Below, piece after piece: positions 1 through 9,317 of a stretch of DNA of 64,000 nt. The translations under genes were made by a program, and so were the position numbers. The notes under the pieces are model-generated. The model had not been told where the DNA came from, did not search any database, and worked only from the letters and a program-made list of their open reading frames with translations. The stretch's first letter is position 1. The number at the start of each line of letters is the position of its first letter. The stretch is from Candidatus Omnitrophota bacterium (GTDB taxonomy: Bacteria; Omnitrophota; Gorgyraeia; Gorgyraeales; Gorgyraeaceae), in assembly GCA_041653835.1 (NCBI GenBank), contig JBAZEP010000002.1, positions 19,061-83,060 on the forward strand, read 5' to 3'.

Positions 1-108
1 ATTATGTATCTGTTAGGCTGTGATATACCAAGCGCCTCAGTGTCCCTGGCACACGTTAATACGCACAGAAACTCAGAAGCCCGTAAAAAGACCGCCCATA
101 CATCACCT

Positions 109-138
109 AAATGCCTATAATGCGCATTATAGGCATTT
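109..138. promoter_or_regulatory. 30 bp perfect palindrome (15+15, no spacer) containing TATAAT; candidate operator or dimeric protein binding site
   Basis: aaatgcctataatgc|gcattataggcattt is exactly self-complementary; it abuts the left inverted repeat at 139. Confidence 0.5.
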
Positions 139-353
139 CCCCTCATAGAAATAATAATGTATATTAGGGAATACATACAGGCACCAGAAAATAAAAACAC
201 ATTTTTTGTGGGTTGCCTCAAAAACTGTGTTATTATTTTCTTTTAAATCACGCACAGACATCCGCCTGCGGCGGATGACTGTGTCTCACGCAAGCCAGCC
301 AGATTTGTGATTTAATGCCTGTATGCCTTTATCATTATTATTTCTATGAGGGT
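139..353. repeat. about 215 bp segment bounded by 20/21 bp inverted repeats (cccctcatagaaataataatg ... cattattatttctatgaggg); MITE-like or long-stem structured element
   Basis: Inverted repeat read directly at 139-159 and 334-353; interior holds small hairpins and ATGCCTrTAtG-type motifs; no ORF. Confidence 0.45.
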
Positions 354-611
354 CGGTGATTACTGGGCTTAGCGGCTTTTACATAAAGTTTTTATGTAAA
401 CTACAGCTTAAAAATGTAAGTAACTCGTCCGCATTTTAGACAGGGTTCCCCGCCCTATCTAAAATGCTGTAGAGCTGTAGACGCCGCTATCTTTTTACTT
501 GGCCGCACTTCGTGCGGAAGGAATCAAAGCATCTATGATAAGCTATAGCTTAATAGATTATTAGGGAAGAAAATAATGACTGTGAGGCAGAAAATTTAAT
601 TGCAGCTTATC

Positions 612-1337
612 TTATTTTTTTCTCTCTTTCAAGATTGATCCAATAATCGAATCTAAGTTTATATAACCATCACAAGATTTCTGCAAATCCCAAGACTTCC
701 CATGTTCAAAACAAGACAAATATACCAGTTTTCCTCTCTCTTGGATTTTATTAACTATCTCGATAAAATCTGCATCACCACTCACTAACATTGCAGTATC
801 ATATCCATCTTCAAATGCTAAACTTAACATATCTGATGCTATATAAATATCAATACCTTTCTGGTGATACTTACCCTCTTTATCTTTCTTTAACTTCTTT
901 AAGATAACCTTCCATCCACCATATTGTAACTTTTCATAAAATTTCATTTGTTGGCTTGAATTATAAAACATTTCTTGTGCAATAAACTCTTCTTCGGTTA
1001 AATTAAATTTCTTTAAAACCTCTTGTTTTGTTATGTGCTTGCTAAACATTATACCTATTTCCTTCTGGACTTCCGCTAAAGAAAGCTTTGCCTTATTTTC
1101 AATTTGCCAAATAAGCTTATCAACACTCTCTTTCCTTGATTTGTCTGATTCAAGAGGTGGGTACGTATTATAATAATAAATTCTTCTTAGATCATTATTT
1201 CCTTCTAATTTTGAATAAGCACCTTCCAGTAATTTAACTAACTCAGCTGCTATAAATTCCAAATTCTTCTCTTCCTTTAAGCTTTTATATACATAGTTTC
1301 CATCTACAAAAATTATTACTTTATCATTACGGTTCAT
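612..1337 (-). CDS. NYN domain (LabA/PIN-like) protein, putative RNase
   Basis: N-terminal IIFVDGNYVY and VSGDADF motifs typical of the NYN/LabA family; RBS ggagg 8 nt upstream of ATG. Confidence 0.7.
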   Translation of the reverse strand: MNRNDKVIIFVDGNYVYKSLKEEKNLEFIAAELVKLLEGAYSKLEGNNDLRRIYYYNTYPPLESDKSRKESVDKLIWQIENKAKLSLAEVQKEIGIMFSKHITKQEVLKKFNLTEEEFIAQEMFYNSSQQMKFYEKLQYGGWKVILKKLKKDKEGKYHQKGIDIYIASDMLSLAFEDGYDTAMLVSGDADFIEIVNKIQERGKLVYLSCFEHGKSWDLQKSCDGYINLDSIIGSILKERKK

Positions 1338-1350
1338 TTTAACGCCTCCA

Positions 1351-1382
1351 AAATAAAAAAGGAGAGGGTTTTATCCCTCTCC
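1351..1382 (-). terminator. Intrinsic terminator (minus strand) immediately upstream of the NYN gene RBS
   Basis: Perfect hairpin ggagaggg-tttta-tccctctcc followed on the minus strand by TTTTTTATTTT. Confidence 0.6.
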
Positions 1383-1790
1383 TCGCTTAATGTTCTTCCT
1401 CTCGGAAGGCTTTTATTTCCATTTTAAGTATACCACATTTTTAAAGTAACTTCAATACTACTACAACCTTTTTATTTGTCAAGTTTTTTTTAAGATTTTT
1501 TTAACCCATTATTGTAACTATATAAATATCAAATAGTTACAAAAAATAAATTTTTTACTGCTCGATGTCATGCCTTCAGTAATTCACCTGTTTTTATAAT
1601 TTAGCATCCCCACTCTAAATTACGCTGGTATGTATCTGCATGACAAACATGGTGTCCAAATAGTGTCCATGCCCAGCCCATAACCAGCCTTTTCAGGCCT
1701 GTTCCAGCCTGCTCAAAAATTATCCTAACCCATTGCCAATTCTTGTAGTTATAATAATTTCAATGAGTTACGAAAATTGCCCAATTCCGT

Positions 1791-1829
1791 TTATGAGTCA
1801 GGTGCTCTAACCGACTGAGCTATGGGCCC
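1791..1829 (-). pseudogene. Truncated tRNA gene: 5' half (acceptor, D-arm, anticodon stem-loop with CAU anticodon; Met or Ile2 type), no 3' half
   Basis: rc reads GGGCCCA-TA-GCTC-AGTCGGTTA-GAGC-A-CCTGA-CTCATAA; downstream bases cannot close the anticodon stem and no T-arm follows. Confidence 0.55.
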
Positions 1830-1989
1830 GCCTACGCTCAAATATAGCTATCCTTCACAGTATGCTACGGCGGGTAAACCCGAAATTCTGTTCATCCTGC
1901 GTCGCATACCTCTCTTGCACACAACTATTGGAATTTAAATTATACCATCTGGATTATATTATGACAAGGGGAAATTTTGACTAAAACGC

Positions 1990-2022
1990 CTATACGGCAT
2001 TGTTGTAAAAAATGCCGTATAG
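1990..2022 (-). terminator. Hairpin (12 bp perfect stem) downstream of the lipoprotein gene; weak U-tract
   Basis: ctatacggcatt / aatgccgtatag inverted repeat; on the minus strand followed by GCGTTTTAG. Confidence 0.35.
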
Positions 2023-2041
2023 AAGAAGGTGCAAGCCAAAC

Positions 2042-2725
2042 TTACGGCAGGGCTTTAAAAGTTATCTCTACATAATCCGCGTTTTTATCGTATAAAATAT
2101 GTATGTTTCTATTATTGGCCAAGCCTATATCTTCTACGGCAATACCGTCACTGCCTTTTGCCATGGAATTAAACCTGTCCAGCATTTGTTTTATGCGCGC
2201 GTTCCAGTCTTCTGTTTCAGGCGCTATATTTTTTAAGAACCTGGACATCATCGCATTGTTCAGTTCCGCGGTTGTTTTGTCTATCCTCTCCGGGTATATA
2301 AACTTCATAGACGCTTCTTTTACACCCCTGTTATCTTCTCTTATTTTCATAGTAATAAGGTTGTTTTCCGAAACCCCGGAATGCACTTTCTCATCCGGAC
2401 CGGTGCTATCTACTTTGATTTCCATGAATTCACTTATAAGGTTCATGGCTTGAGAATACTGCATCCTGACTGGTTGCAGGGCCTCTTCTGAAGCAGGAGC
2501 AGGCTCCATGTATTCAGGTATTGCCGGCATAGAAGGCTCTGCTGCGATGTCTGGTGCCGGCGCCTCGACAGGGGGCGGATTAACAACGCCTTGTTCCGTG
2601 GTTATCGCCGGCGCCTGCCCTACAGGTTCCGCCATAGGCGGTTTTGCAACTGTTTTTGAGGACGCGGCGCATCCTGAAACAGCTGATATCGTAATTAAAA
2701 TCAAAAATAATTTTATTTTTTTCAT
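2042..2725 (-). CDS. Pro/Ala-rich lipoprotein, function unknown
   Basis: Signal peptide with lipobox (LILITISAVSGC); low-complexity proline-rich segment. Confidence 0.6.
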   Translation of the reverse strand: MKKIKLFLILITISAVSGCAASSKTVAKPPMAEPVGQAPAITTEQGVVNPPPVEAPAPDIAAEPSMPAIPEYMEPAPASEEALQPVRMQYSQAMNLISEFMEIKVDSTGPDEKVHSGVSENNLITMKIREDNRGVKEASMKFIYPERIDKTTAELNNAMMSRFLKNIAPETEDWNARIKQMLDRFNSMAKGSDGIAVEDIGLANNRNIHILYDKNADYVEITFKALP

Positions 2726-2754
2726 AACAATTCTCCAAGTTTGCGAAGCAAGTG

Positions 2755-4365
2755 TTATTCCTGGCTAAAAGCTATCTCAAGAAAATTCTTCAGCCTCCTG
2801 GACCTTGTAGGATGCCTCAGTTTCCTCAGCGCCTTTGCCTCTATCTGCCTTACCCTTTCCCTGGTGACATTGAATATACTGCCCACTTCTTCAAGCGTCC
2901 TGGGATACCCATCTCCTATCCCAAACCTCAGCCTCAATACCCTCTTTTCCCTTTCAGTAAGGGTGTTAAGTATATTGTCCATTTCTTCCTTCAGGATAGT
3001 ATAAGCGGTCGCATTCGCCGGGGATACAGCCCTCTTATCTTCTATAAAATCCCCGAAATTTGTATCGCCTTCATCTCCTATAGGAGTCTGTAAAGATATG
3101 GGTTCCTGCGCAATCTTGAGGATGCTCCTTACCTTTTCAACACTCATCCTCATCTCATGCGCTATTTCTTCAGGCGTAGGCTCTTTGCCGTTCTCCTGCA
3201 CCAGTATCCTGGAGATCCTTATGAGTTTATTTATCGTCTCCGTCATATGGACAGGGATCCTTATAGTGCGTGCCTGGTCGGCTATCGAGCGGGTAACGGC
3301 CTGCCTTATCCACCACGTGGCGTATGTGGAAAATTTATATCCGCGCCTGTATTCGAACTTTTCTACCGCTTTCATAAGGCCGATATTTCCCTCCTGTATC
3401 AGATCGAGGAAAGAAAGCCCTCTGTTGGTGTATTTTTTCGCTATGCTTACCACCAGCCTCAGATTGGCCTCCACCATCGCCTTTTTAACCCTGTTGAACC
3501 TCAGCGCCTTTTTCCTGATAACGCTGAAATCCTTCTTTATATCGTCTATCTTTTTGCCGAACCTGGATTCTATGTCTTTCTTTCTCTTCTCGAAACTCTT
3601 TATGCTTCCTTTTATCCTGCGCCTTCTCATCCTTTCTATTTCTTTATCTATAGCGTCCATTTCGGATATCGCCGTCCTGATGCTGTTCGACATGTCGTCT
3701 ATAACCGAGATGCAGAATCCGAACTCAAGGCAGAGTTCCATTATATTGGACCCTTTCCTGGCGGCCCTGATACGGCGCACAAGATTCGTGATCTTTTTGA
3801 ATATCAGGACCTCTGTCTTTATTTTAGGGTCCTCCTTTATGATCTCTTCCATATTGACGCTTCTGGAAAGTATCCTGTTAGCGAGGGCAAGGGCCTCGTC
3901 CTTCACAAAAGGACTGCTGAGCACCGCCCTTTTATAGTCCTCCTCGGCTTTTTCTATTTCCTGCGCGAGCCTTATCTCATCCTGCCTGGAAAGAAGCGGT
4001 ATCTGCCCCATCTGCCTGAGATACATCTTAACAGGGTCCTCTATGCCTATGTCCACGACCTCATGCGCCTCAACAGGTTCAGCCATACGCGGCCTTTCGG
4101 CGCCGAATATATGGCCGGCATCGCCGTTATTATCCTCTTCTTTATTCGCGGACTTCACTTCTTCTTCCGAATCAACTATCTCTATGTTCTCCTTATCCAG
4201 GAGGGCAAAAACCTTTTCTATCTGTTCGGAAGACGTGATCTCCTCGGGAAGAAAATTATTTATCTCTTCATAGGTAAGATGGCCTTTCTTCCTGCCCAGC
4301 GCAACCAGTTTATCAAATTGACTTTCGATATCCGCGGTCTTCTTTCCCTTTGTTTCCTTCTTCAT
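2755..4365 (-). CDS. rpoD: RNA polymerase sigma-70 factor RpoD
   Basis: Region 2 motif [52 protein letters not shown] and region 4 helix-turn-helix; lies directly after dnaG. Confidence 0.92.
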   Translation of the reverse strand: MKKETKGKKTADIESQFDKLVALGRKKGHLTYEEINNFLPEEITSSEQIEKVFALLDKENIEIVDSEEEVKSANKEEDNNGDAGHIFGAERPRMAEPVEAHEVVDIGIEDPVKMYLRQMGQIPLLSRQDEIRLAQEIEKAEEDYKRAVLSSPFVKDEALALANRILSRSVNMEEIIKEDPKIKTEVLIFKKITNLVRRIRAARKGSNIMELCLEFGFCISVIDDMSNSIRTAISEMDAIDKEIERMRRRRIKGSIKSFEKRKKDIESRFGKKIDDIKKDFSVIRKKALRFNRVKKAMVEANLRLVVSIAKKYTNRGLSFLDLIQEGNIGLMKAVEKFEYRRGYKFSTYATWWIRQAVTRSIADQARTIRIPVHMTETINKLIRISRILVQENGKEPTPEEIAHEMRMSVEKVRSILKIAQEPISLQTPIGDEGDTNFGDFIEDKRAVSPANATAYTILKEEMDNILNTLTEREKRVLRLRFGIGDGYPRTLEEVGSIFNVTRERVRQIEAKALRKLRHPTRSRRLKNFLEIAFSQE

Positions 4366-4367
4366 GG

Positions 4368-6158
4368 TTAAAGCCCCCTTTTTATAAGTTGATTAAACTC
4401 TTCCAGAAGCCGTTTTTCTTCTTCTTCATAACCGCTTTTCTGAGCCGTATGAAGCCTTGATTGTATGTCCTTGAGAAGATCATTTCTGTTCTCTCTTTTT
4501 ATGGTCATTATACAGTCACAGACATTTTTTTCCTTATCTCTTATATCGACCTCTTCGTTCACTATAAAAGATATGATATTCTGCGGGACTTTGTCTTCGA
4601 TAGAATTTATCAATTTGCCCACGTCTATAAAACCATCTTCGATATTTTCGATATTTATGGAAAAGAGCGCCTCGGCTATAGCCCTGACGTCGCTATTCTT
4701 GAAATCCGAAGGTTTAAGTTCGTTCTTTACCATTTTTATGACTTCCAGGTCCTCCAGCATCAACCTTGCCAGTATTTTTTCCGCGGGAGAGATCTCTATA
4801 TTCTTCATTGCCGCCCGCCTCTTGTCCTCCGTATCCTGTCTCCTGCTGCCTGCCGGCTGTCTCCTGTCCCTTATTTTTTTAAGCTCCTCCCATATCGCAT
4901 CTTCTTTCACAAAAAGTTCCTGTGCCAGGAGTTTTATGTATTCCGCTTTTACTATAGCGTTCCTTACCCTGTTTATCGTGGAAAGCATTTCTTTTATGGT
5001 CTCCGCTTTCGCTTCCGGTTCCGTGCTGTTAAACCTGTTTTTCAATATATCCAGCTTGTACGTAAAAAGGCTTTTTGATTTTCTTACGGCCTCGTCGAAT
5101 TTCTCTTTTCCGAATTTCCTCAGGAAGCTGTCGGGGTCATGGCCCTTTTCCAGTGTAGCTATCTTTACGTTCATCTCTTCTTCCAGGAACAGGTCAAGCC
5201 CCCTCAATGAAGCCGCTTCCCCTGCCTGGTCGGCATCATATAGTATGACCACATTATGGGTATATCTTTTCAAAAGCCTTATCTGCTCTGTGGTAAGCGC
5301 GGTGCCGAGAGAAGCTATGGCGTTAGTAACGCCGTACTGATGGCACATCATCACATCCAGGTAGCCTTCCGTTATTATCGCGTAATTCCTTTCTTTTATG
5401 TCGGCCTTCGCGAGATTAAGGCCGTATAGGTGCAGGCCTTTTTTATAGACGGTCGTTTCCGGGGAGTTTATGTATTTAGGCAATGAATCATCCGTCACCC
5501 TGGCGCCAAAACCTAGGACCCTGTTCCTCACATCGAATATGGGAAATACCACCCTGTTCCTGAAAAGGTCATAATAGGAATTATCTTTTCCTTTGAAAAT
5601 CAGACCCGCCTTGCCGATGGTGTCCTGTTTTATGCCTCTCGCGGACAAATAATCCATCAGCCCCTTCCATGAGGAATCCGCCCAACCTAACCTGAATTTC
5701 TTTATGACAGCCGCGTTCAATCCTCTTTTATTTATATACCCCCTGGGTTCGGAGGATTGGGCGGCCTTTTCCAGGAACCCCGAATAATAGTTCGCCGCTA
5801 TGTCGTTTATCGAATATACGATACTTACGATAGATTCGTCATGTTCCTCATTGCCTCTTTTGTATTCCGGCAGTTTTACCCCTGTCTTTTCCGCCAGCAT
5901 CTTTACCGCGTCTATAAAATCTATCTTTTCGTATTCCTTTAAAAAATTAAAAACATTGCCGCCGGAGTTGCACCCGAAGCAATGATATATCTGCTTGTCC
6001 GGGCTGACCACAAAAGAAGGTGTTTTCTCGTGATGAAAAGGACAGCAGGCCTTGAAATTCCTACCGCTGGGCTTCAACGAGACATAACCCGAGATTATCT
6101 CGACTATGTCGCATTTGTCCTGTATCTCGTTTAGTATGTTTTCGGGTATCTTGCCCAT
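4368..6158 (-). CDS. dnaG: DNA primase DnaG
   Basis: Zinc-finger motif [18 protein letters not shown] region (EGYLDV, DADQAG); classic dnaG-rpoD order. Confidence 0.92.
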   Translation of the reverse strand: MGKIPENILNEIQDKCDIVEIISGYVSLKPSGRNFKACCPFHHEKTPSFVVSPDKQIYHCFGCNSGGNVFNFLKEYEKIDFIDAVKMLAEKTGVKLPEYKRGNEEHDESIVSIVYSINDIAANYYSGFLEKAAQSSEPRGYINKRGLNAAVIKKFRLGWADSSWKGLMDYLSARGIKQDTIGKAGLIFKGKDNSYYDLFRNRVVFPIFDVRNRVLGFGARVTDDSLPKYINSPETTVYKKGLHLYGLNLAKADIKERNYAIITEGYLDVMMCHQYGVTNAIASLGTALTTEQIRLLKRYTHNVVILYDADQAGEAASLRGLDLFLEEEMNVKIATLEKGHDPDSFLRKFGKEKFDEAVRKSKSLFTYKLDILKNRFNSTEPEAKAETIKEMLSTINRVRNAIVKAEYIKLLAQELFVKEDAIWEELKKIRDRRQPAGSRRQDTEDKRRAAMKNIEISPAEKILARLMLEDLEVIKMVKNELKPSDFKNSDVRAIAEALFSINIENIEDGFIDVGKLINSIEDKVPQNIISFIVNEEVDIRDKEKNVCDCIMTIKRENRNDLLKDIQSRLHTAQKSGYEEEEKRLLEEFNQLIKRGL

Positions 6159-7118
6159 TTATTTCTTTCTTGAAAATCTCCTGAATCCGGAACAGGTTAA
6201 TATTTTAAACTTCCCCTTTTTCTCAAGCGCGTCCAGCACGATATTGACGCCGAGGTTATCGCTCGCTATATGGCCCGCTATCACCACGTTCATATGTTCT
6301 TCCTGCGCCTTCTTAAAATGCTCCTCGCTGAGATGCATGCATACAAGCGTAGATATCCCCGCCTCCGAAAGTTTCTTAAAGATATCCTTGGAACCCTCGG
6401 TACCGCCTGTCATATCCACAAAGATCTTTCCGGGCTTGCTGGAGGCATAGCCTCTCGTGATTTTCGGGCCCGCATTCTCTCTGGCCGCGGCGTTATATTC
6501 AGGTATTTCCCTTAACATATCCACGATATCTCCCAGCGTGCTTGGTTTCTTCTTATCCATCATGCCCTGTAAATAAGTAACTACGCAATTATCGGCGGGC
6601 GTATGGCAATTCATAAAATTGATATTAAGAAGCTTTGCCGCGTCGATCGCGCGTGTGTGGTTCGCCGGCATGACCCTTCTCTCTACCTCCCTGATCCTGT
6701 CATGCATAAGAGATTCCGCGACATTTATTGGAACTCCGAATTTATTTAGTATATCCACCTGCATATACATTACGTTAAAAAGCCCTGCCAGGGCGAGCCC
6801 CTCCGGATGATGAGCCATGACCAGGTCTATTTTTTCGCCTTTTTCTATCAGCCTGTCCGCCAGGACTATTTCGCCCACCTCTATATCTATGCCTACCAGG
6901 ATCGTTTTTATTTCACTGTCTTCTTTGCCGTTAAATATCCTTGTGTCGCTGTAAGGATTATCAAGCCTTGCCTTGTCATAGAATTCTTTATCCTTTGCGC
7001 TCAATTTTTCATATTCGCTTTTCGCCCTTAAAAGCTCTTTCTTCACGCTGTCCTTACCTCTAGGGTCGTTTTCCATGCCAAAAAGCACTACGCTCCTATA
7101 GATGTCTATAAGCTTCAC
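6159..7118 (-). CDS. Nif3-like dinuclear metal-centre protein (DUF34/YqfO family)
   Basis: LVMAHHPEG and IAGHIASD motifs resemble the Nif3 HH and AGHYxSE motifs; located upstream of dnaG as in the Firmicute macromolecular-synthesis operon. Confidence 0.55.
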   Translation of the reverse strand: MKLIDIYRSVVLFGMENDPRGKDSVKKELLRAKSEYEKLSAKDKEFYDKARLDNPYSDTRIFNGKEDSEIKTILVGIDIEVGEIVLADRLIEKGEKIDLVMAHHPEGLALAGLFNVMYMQVDILNKFGVPINVAESLMHDRIREVERRVMPANHTRAIDAAKLLNINFMNCHTPADNCVVTYLQGMMDKKKPSTLGDIVDMLREIPEYNAAARENAGPKITRGYASSKPGKIFVDMTGGTEGSKDIFKKLSEAGISTLVCMHLSEEHFKKAQEEHMNVVIAGHIASDNLGVNIVLDALEKKGKFKILTCSGFRRFSRKK

Positions 7119-7129
7119 TCAATCCTCCT

Positions 7130-7672
7130 TTATATTTTTATCAATTGAACAAGCGGTGTTTCATTTTTCTCGAAAGGGTAAACGCTCATTCCTATCTTGT
7201 ACGCGAAAGGCGCGGCACGTGAAACATATGGACCGGAAAAAGACCTGTCTTTCGCGCTTTTATTCAAATAATCAACAGGGCAGTGGATGAGAAAAACGTA
7301 AATAAGCCCTATTAACAGAACTCCTCTTGCCAGCCCCAATGACAATCCTATGGCTTTATTGGGCAAGGAAACGTTTTCAGAAACGCCTAAAATTTTATTT
7401 GCCAGCACAGCCAGCAGTTTAAAGATCACTATAACCGCCAAGAATATTAAAATAAACCCTGCTACATCCGCTTTCAGGCCTGTCAGCCTGGCATGTTTTT
7501 CCAGAAACCCGGCAGGCAGGATGTAACAATTAAAGGAGAGAATAAACGCTAAAAAAAGACCGATCAGCCTGAAAAATTCAGGCAATATACCGTTTTTAAA
7601 ACTTATATAACCTGTTCTAAATAAAAGAATTATAAAAAAAATATCAACCCAGTTAAATTTTATTTGAGGCAT
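7130..7672 (-). CDS. cvpA: CvpA family membrane protein
   Basis: About 180 aa, 4 TM segments; N-terminus WVDIFFIILLFRTGYISFKNG resembles CvpA. Confidence 0.65.
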   Translation of the reverse strand: MPQIKFNWVDIFFIILLFRTGYISFKNGILPEFFRLIGLFLAFILSFNCYILPAGFLEKHARLTGLKADVAGFILIFLAVIVIFKLLAVLANKILGVSENVSLPNKAIGLSLGLARGVLLIGLIYVFLIHCPVDYLNKSAKDRSFSGPYVSRAAPFAYKIGMSVYPFEKNETPLVQLIKI

Positions 7673-7707
7673 AATTTAAAATGAGGAATTAATCCAAATA
7701 TAAAGAA

Positions 7708-7735
7708 AGTATACCATACATTTTCGTTTTGTCAA
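7708..7735 (-). promoter_or_regulatory. Sigma-70-type promoter for cvpA (TTGACA-17-TATACT)
   Basis: Minus-strand read: TTGACAaaacgaaaatgtatggTATACT about 40 nt upstream of the cvpA start. Confidence 0.55.
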
Positions 7736-7769
7736 CCCCGCCTCCCTGCTTTTTTATAGCCTTAATATA

Positions 7770-7963
7770 CCTCCGGCAGGCTATGGCCGTTCGGCACAGA
7801 GAGTGTTTCGCCGTGCGCTACGGTTTACGGCTCGTTTTTTATACTGAAGGTAGTCTTGACAGTATAAAAAACTTCGCCGTAATCCCTTGCGCACTTATAT
7901 TCAAAAGAACTTGTCCTATGCCGAAACCTCTCAAATGTGCCTCAGGCCCTAGCCTGCCGGAGG
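7770..7963. repeat. Long-hairpin structured element, copy A (inverted relative to copy B at 27718-27903)
   Basis: Outer 19 bp inverted repeat cctccggcaggctatggcc/ggccctagcctgccggagg; about 120 bp core about 90% identical to rc of 27770-27890; core is itself an imperfect hairpin with loop tcaagactRccttc. Confidence 0.7.
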
Positions 7964-8060
7964 CGTAAAAAAGCCTTTACATATATCTCTAAGTTTACAT
8001 TTATGATATTGTCTTAAATGTGGACTTGGACTGCGTATCTTACATTGCAAGTATTACAAC

Positions 8061-9317
8061 CTAAACAGGTATTCCTACCAGCAAGGCCGATGAGGTTTGG
8101 GTCAAGCGGCAGTTTATGAGACTGGACTTCATGCTGTCGGGGCCATCTATTAAAACTTTTATATATCTGTCCGTGTATCCCTGTAAAAATCCTTGTTTAT
8201 CCCTTTTGTCTTCCACGAGCACCTTTGCTTCTTTGCCTATGAACATCTTTTCGAATTCTAATGAAAACTCTTTTACCGCGTCCATAAGAATATGCTCTCT
8301 TTTTTTCTTCAGCGCGCTATCCACGGTGTCTTTATAATCATAAGCTGGCGTGCCGGGCCTCCTTGAAAAACCAAACACATGCAGCCGCATGGGTTGAATT
8401 TCCCTGATAAATTCCAGCGTGTTCCTGAAATTGGATTCTTTTTCCCCGGGAAACCCGACCATTATATCTGTGCTGACCGCTATATCCGGGACCGCCATCC
8501 TGAGCCTGGCTACGATACTGCCGTAGCCTGAAGCTGTATACGGCCTGTCCATTTTTTTAAGAATCTCGTCATCCCCGCTCTGGAAAGGTACATGCAGGTG
8601 CTTGCATAACTTTTCCTCGGACGTTATAAGTTCTATCAATTCTTCTGTCACGTCTTTGGGTTCTATGGAACTGAGCCTCATGCGCCAGTCCCCTTCTATC
8701 TTGGCTAATTCTCTTATAAGGTTGCTAATGCCCCCTGTTTTACGGGCATCCCTGCCGTAGGCGCCAAGGCATATACCCGTAAGTACTATTTCGCGGTATC
8801 CGTTTTTTATAAGCGCGGCGGCCTCGTCCATTATATGCCTCAAAGGCCTGCTCCTGGATTTCCCCCTCACTATCCTCACTTTACAGTAAGAACATATGTT
8901 GTTACAGCCATCCTGGACTTTCACAAATGCCCTCGCGTGGCCTTTAAAACCGGTAATTATATCCGGCCTTGGGCTGTGTTTTTCGGATATAATTTCAACG
9001 ATCCTGTACTTGTCTTTGTTTTTTATAATAAAATCCGCTCCTTTAAGCTTATGCGCGTCGAGATCACCGGCCTCTATCATACAGCCCGTCGCTATAACGC
9101 GCCTGCCCTTCCCCCTCATGCCTGCGCGTATCGCCTTTAAAGATTTAGAATCGCTTCCAGAGGTAACTGTGCAAGTATTTATAATATATATGTCCGCCTT
9201 GTTAATATCATCCGCTTCGACATAGCCGTTCTTTAAAAAATCCTCACGGATCATCTGTGACTCATACTGGTTAACCTTGCATCCGAATGTCTTTATGCAG
9301 AACTTAGGGTTTCGCAT
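8061..9317 (-). CDS. Radical SAM methylthiotransferase, MiaB/RimO/MtaB family
   Basis: N-terminal MTTase domain (FGCKVNQYES), radical SAM CNNICSYC motif; 418 aa fits MtaB-like size. Confidence 0.8.
   Translation of the reverse strand: MRNPKFCIKTFGCKVNQYESQMIREDFLKNGYVEADDINKADIYIINTCTVTSGSDSKSLKAIRAGMRGKGRRVIATGCMIEAGDLDAHKLKGADFIIKNKDKYRIVEIISEKHSPRPDIITGFKGHARAFVKVQDGCNNICSYCKVRIVRGKSRSRPLRHIMDEAAALIKNGYREIVLTGICLGAYGRDARKTGGISNLIRELAKIEGDWRMRLSSIEPKDVTEELIELITSEEKLCKHLHVPFQSGDDEILKKMDRPYTASGYGSIVARLRMAVPDIAVSTDIMVGFPGEKESNFRNTLEFIREIQPMRLHVFGFSRRPGTPAYDYKDTVDSALKKKREHILMDAVKEFSLEFEKMFIGKEAKVLVEDKRDKQGFLQGYTDRYIKVLIDGPDSMKSSLINCRLTQTSSALLVGIPV

Noticed and set aside
612-1829. A group I intron (with the NYN gene as an intron-encoded nuclease) interrupting the tRNA(CAU) anticodon loop, by analogy with the Azoarcus tRNA-Ile intron
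   Set aside because: No 3' exon (anticodon-stem 3' strand, T-arm GGTTCGAnTCC, acceptor 3' strand) is present anywhere downstream to position 1. No P7-like AGACUA core motif or internal guide sequence complementary to CUCAU was found. A truncated tRNA is the simpler reading.
3098-4371. Long plus-strand ORFs antisense to rpoD, dnaG and other genes
   Set aside because: They are antisense shadows of well-supported minus-strand genes, with low-complexity translations and no RBS.
7770-7963. A retron msr-msd ncRNA flanked by a1/a2 inverted repeats, or an IscB/TnpB omega-RNA
   Set aside because: No reverse transcriptase, TnpB/IscB or any other partner gene is adjacent to either copy. Both copies sit between ordinary housekeeping genes.
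7729-7968. Plus-strand ORF 7729..7968 (79 aa) as a gene
   Set aside because: It lies entirely inside the long-hairpin element A, with no RBS. The reading frame comes from the repeat.
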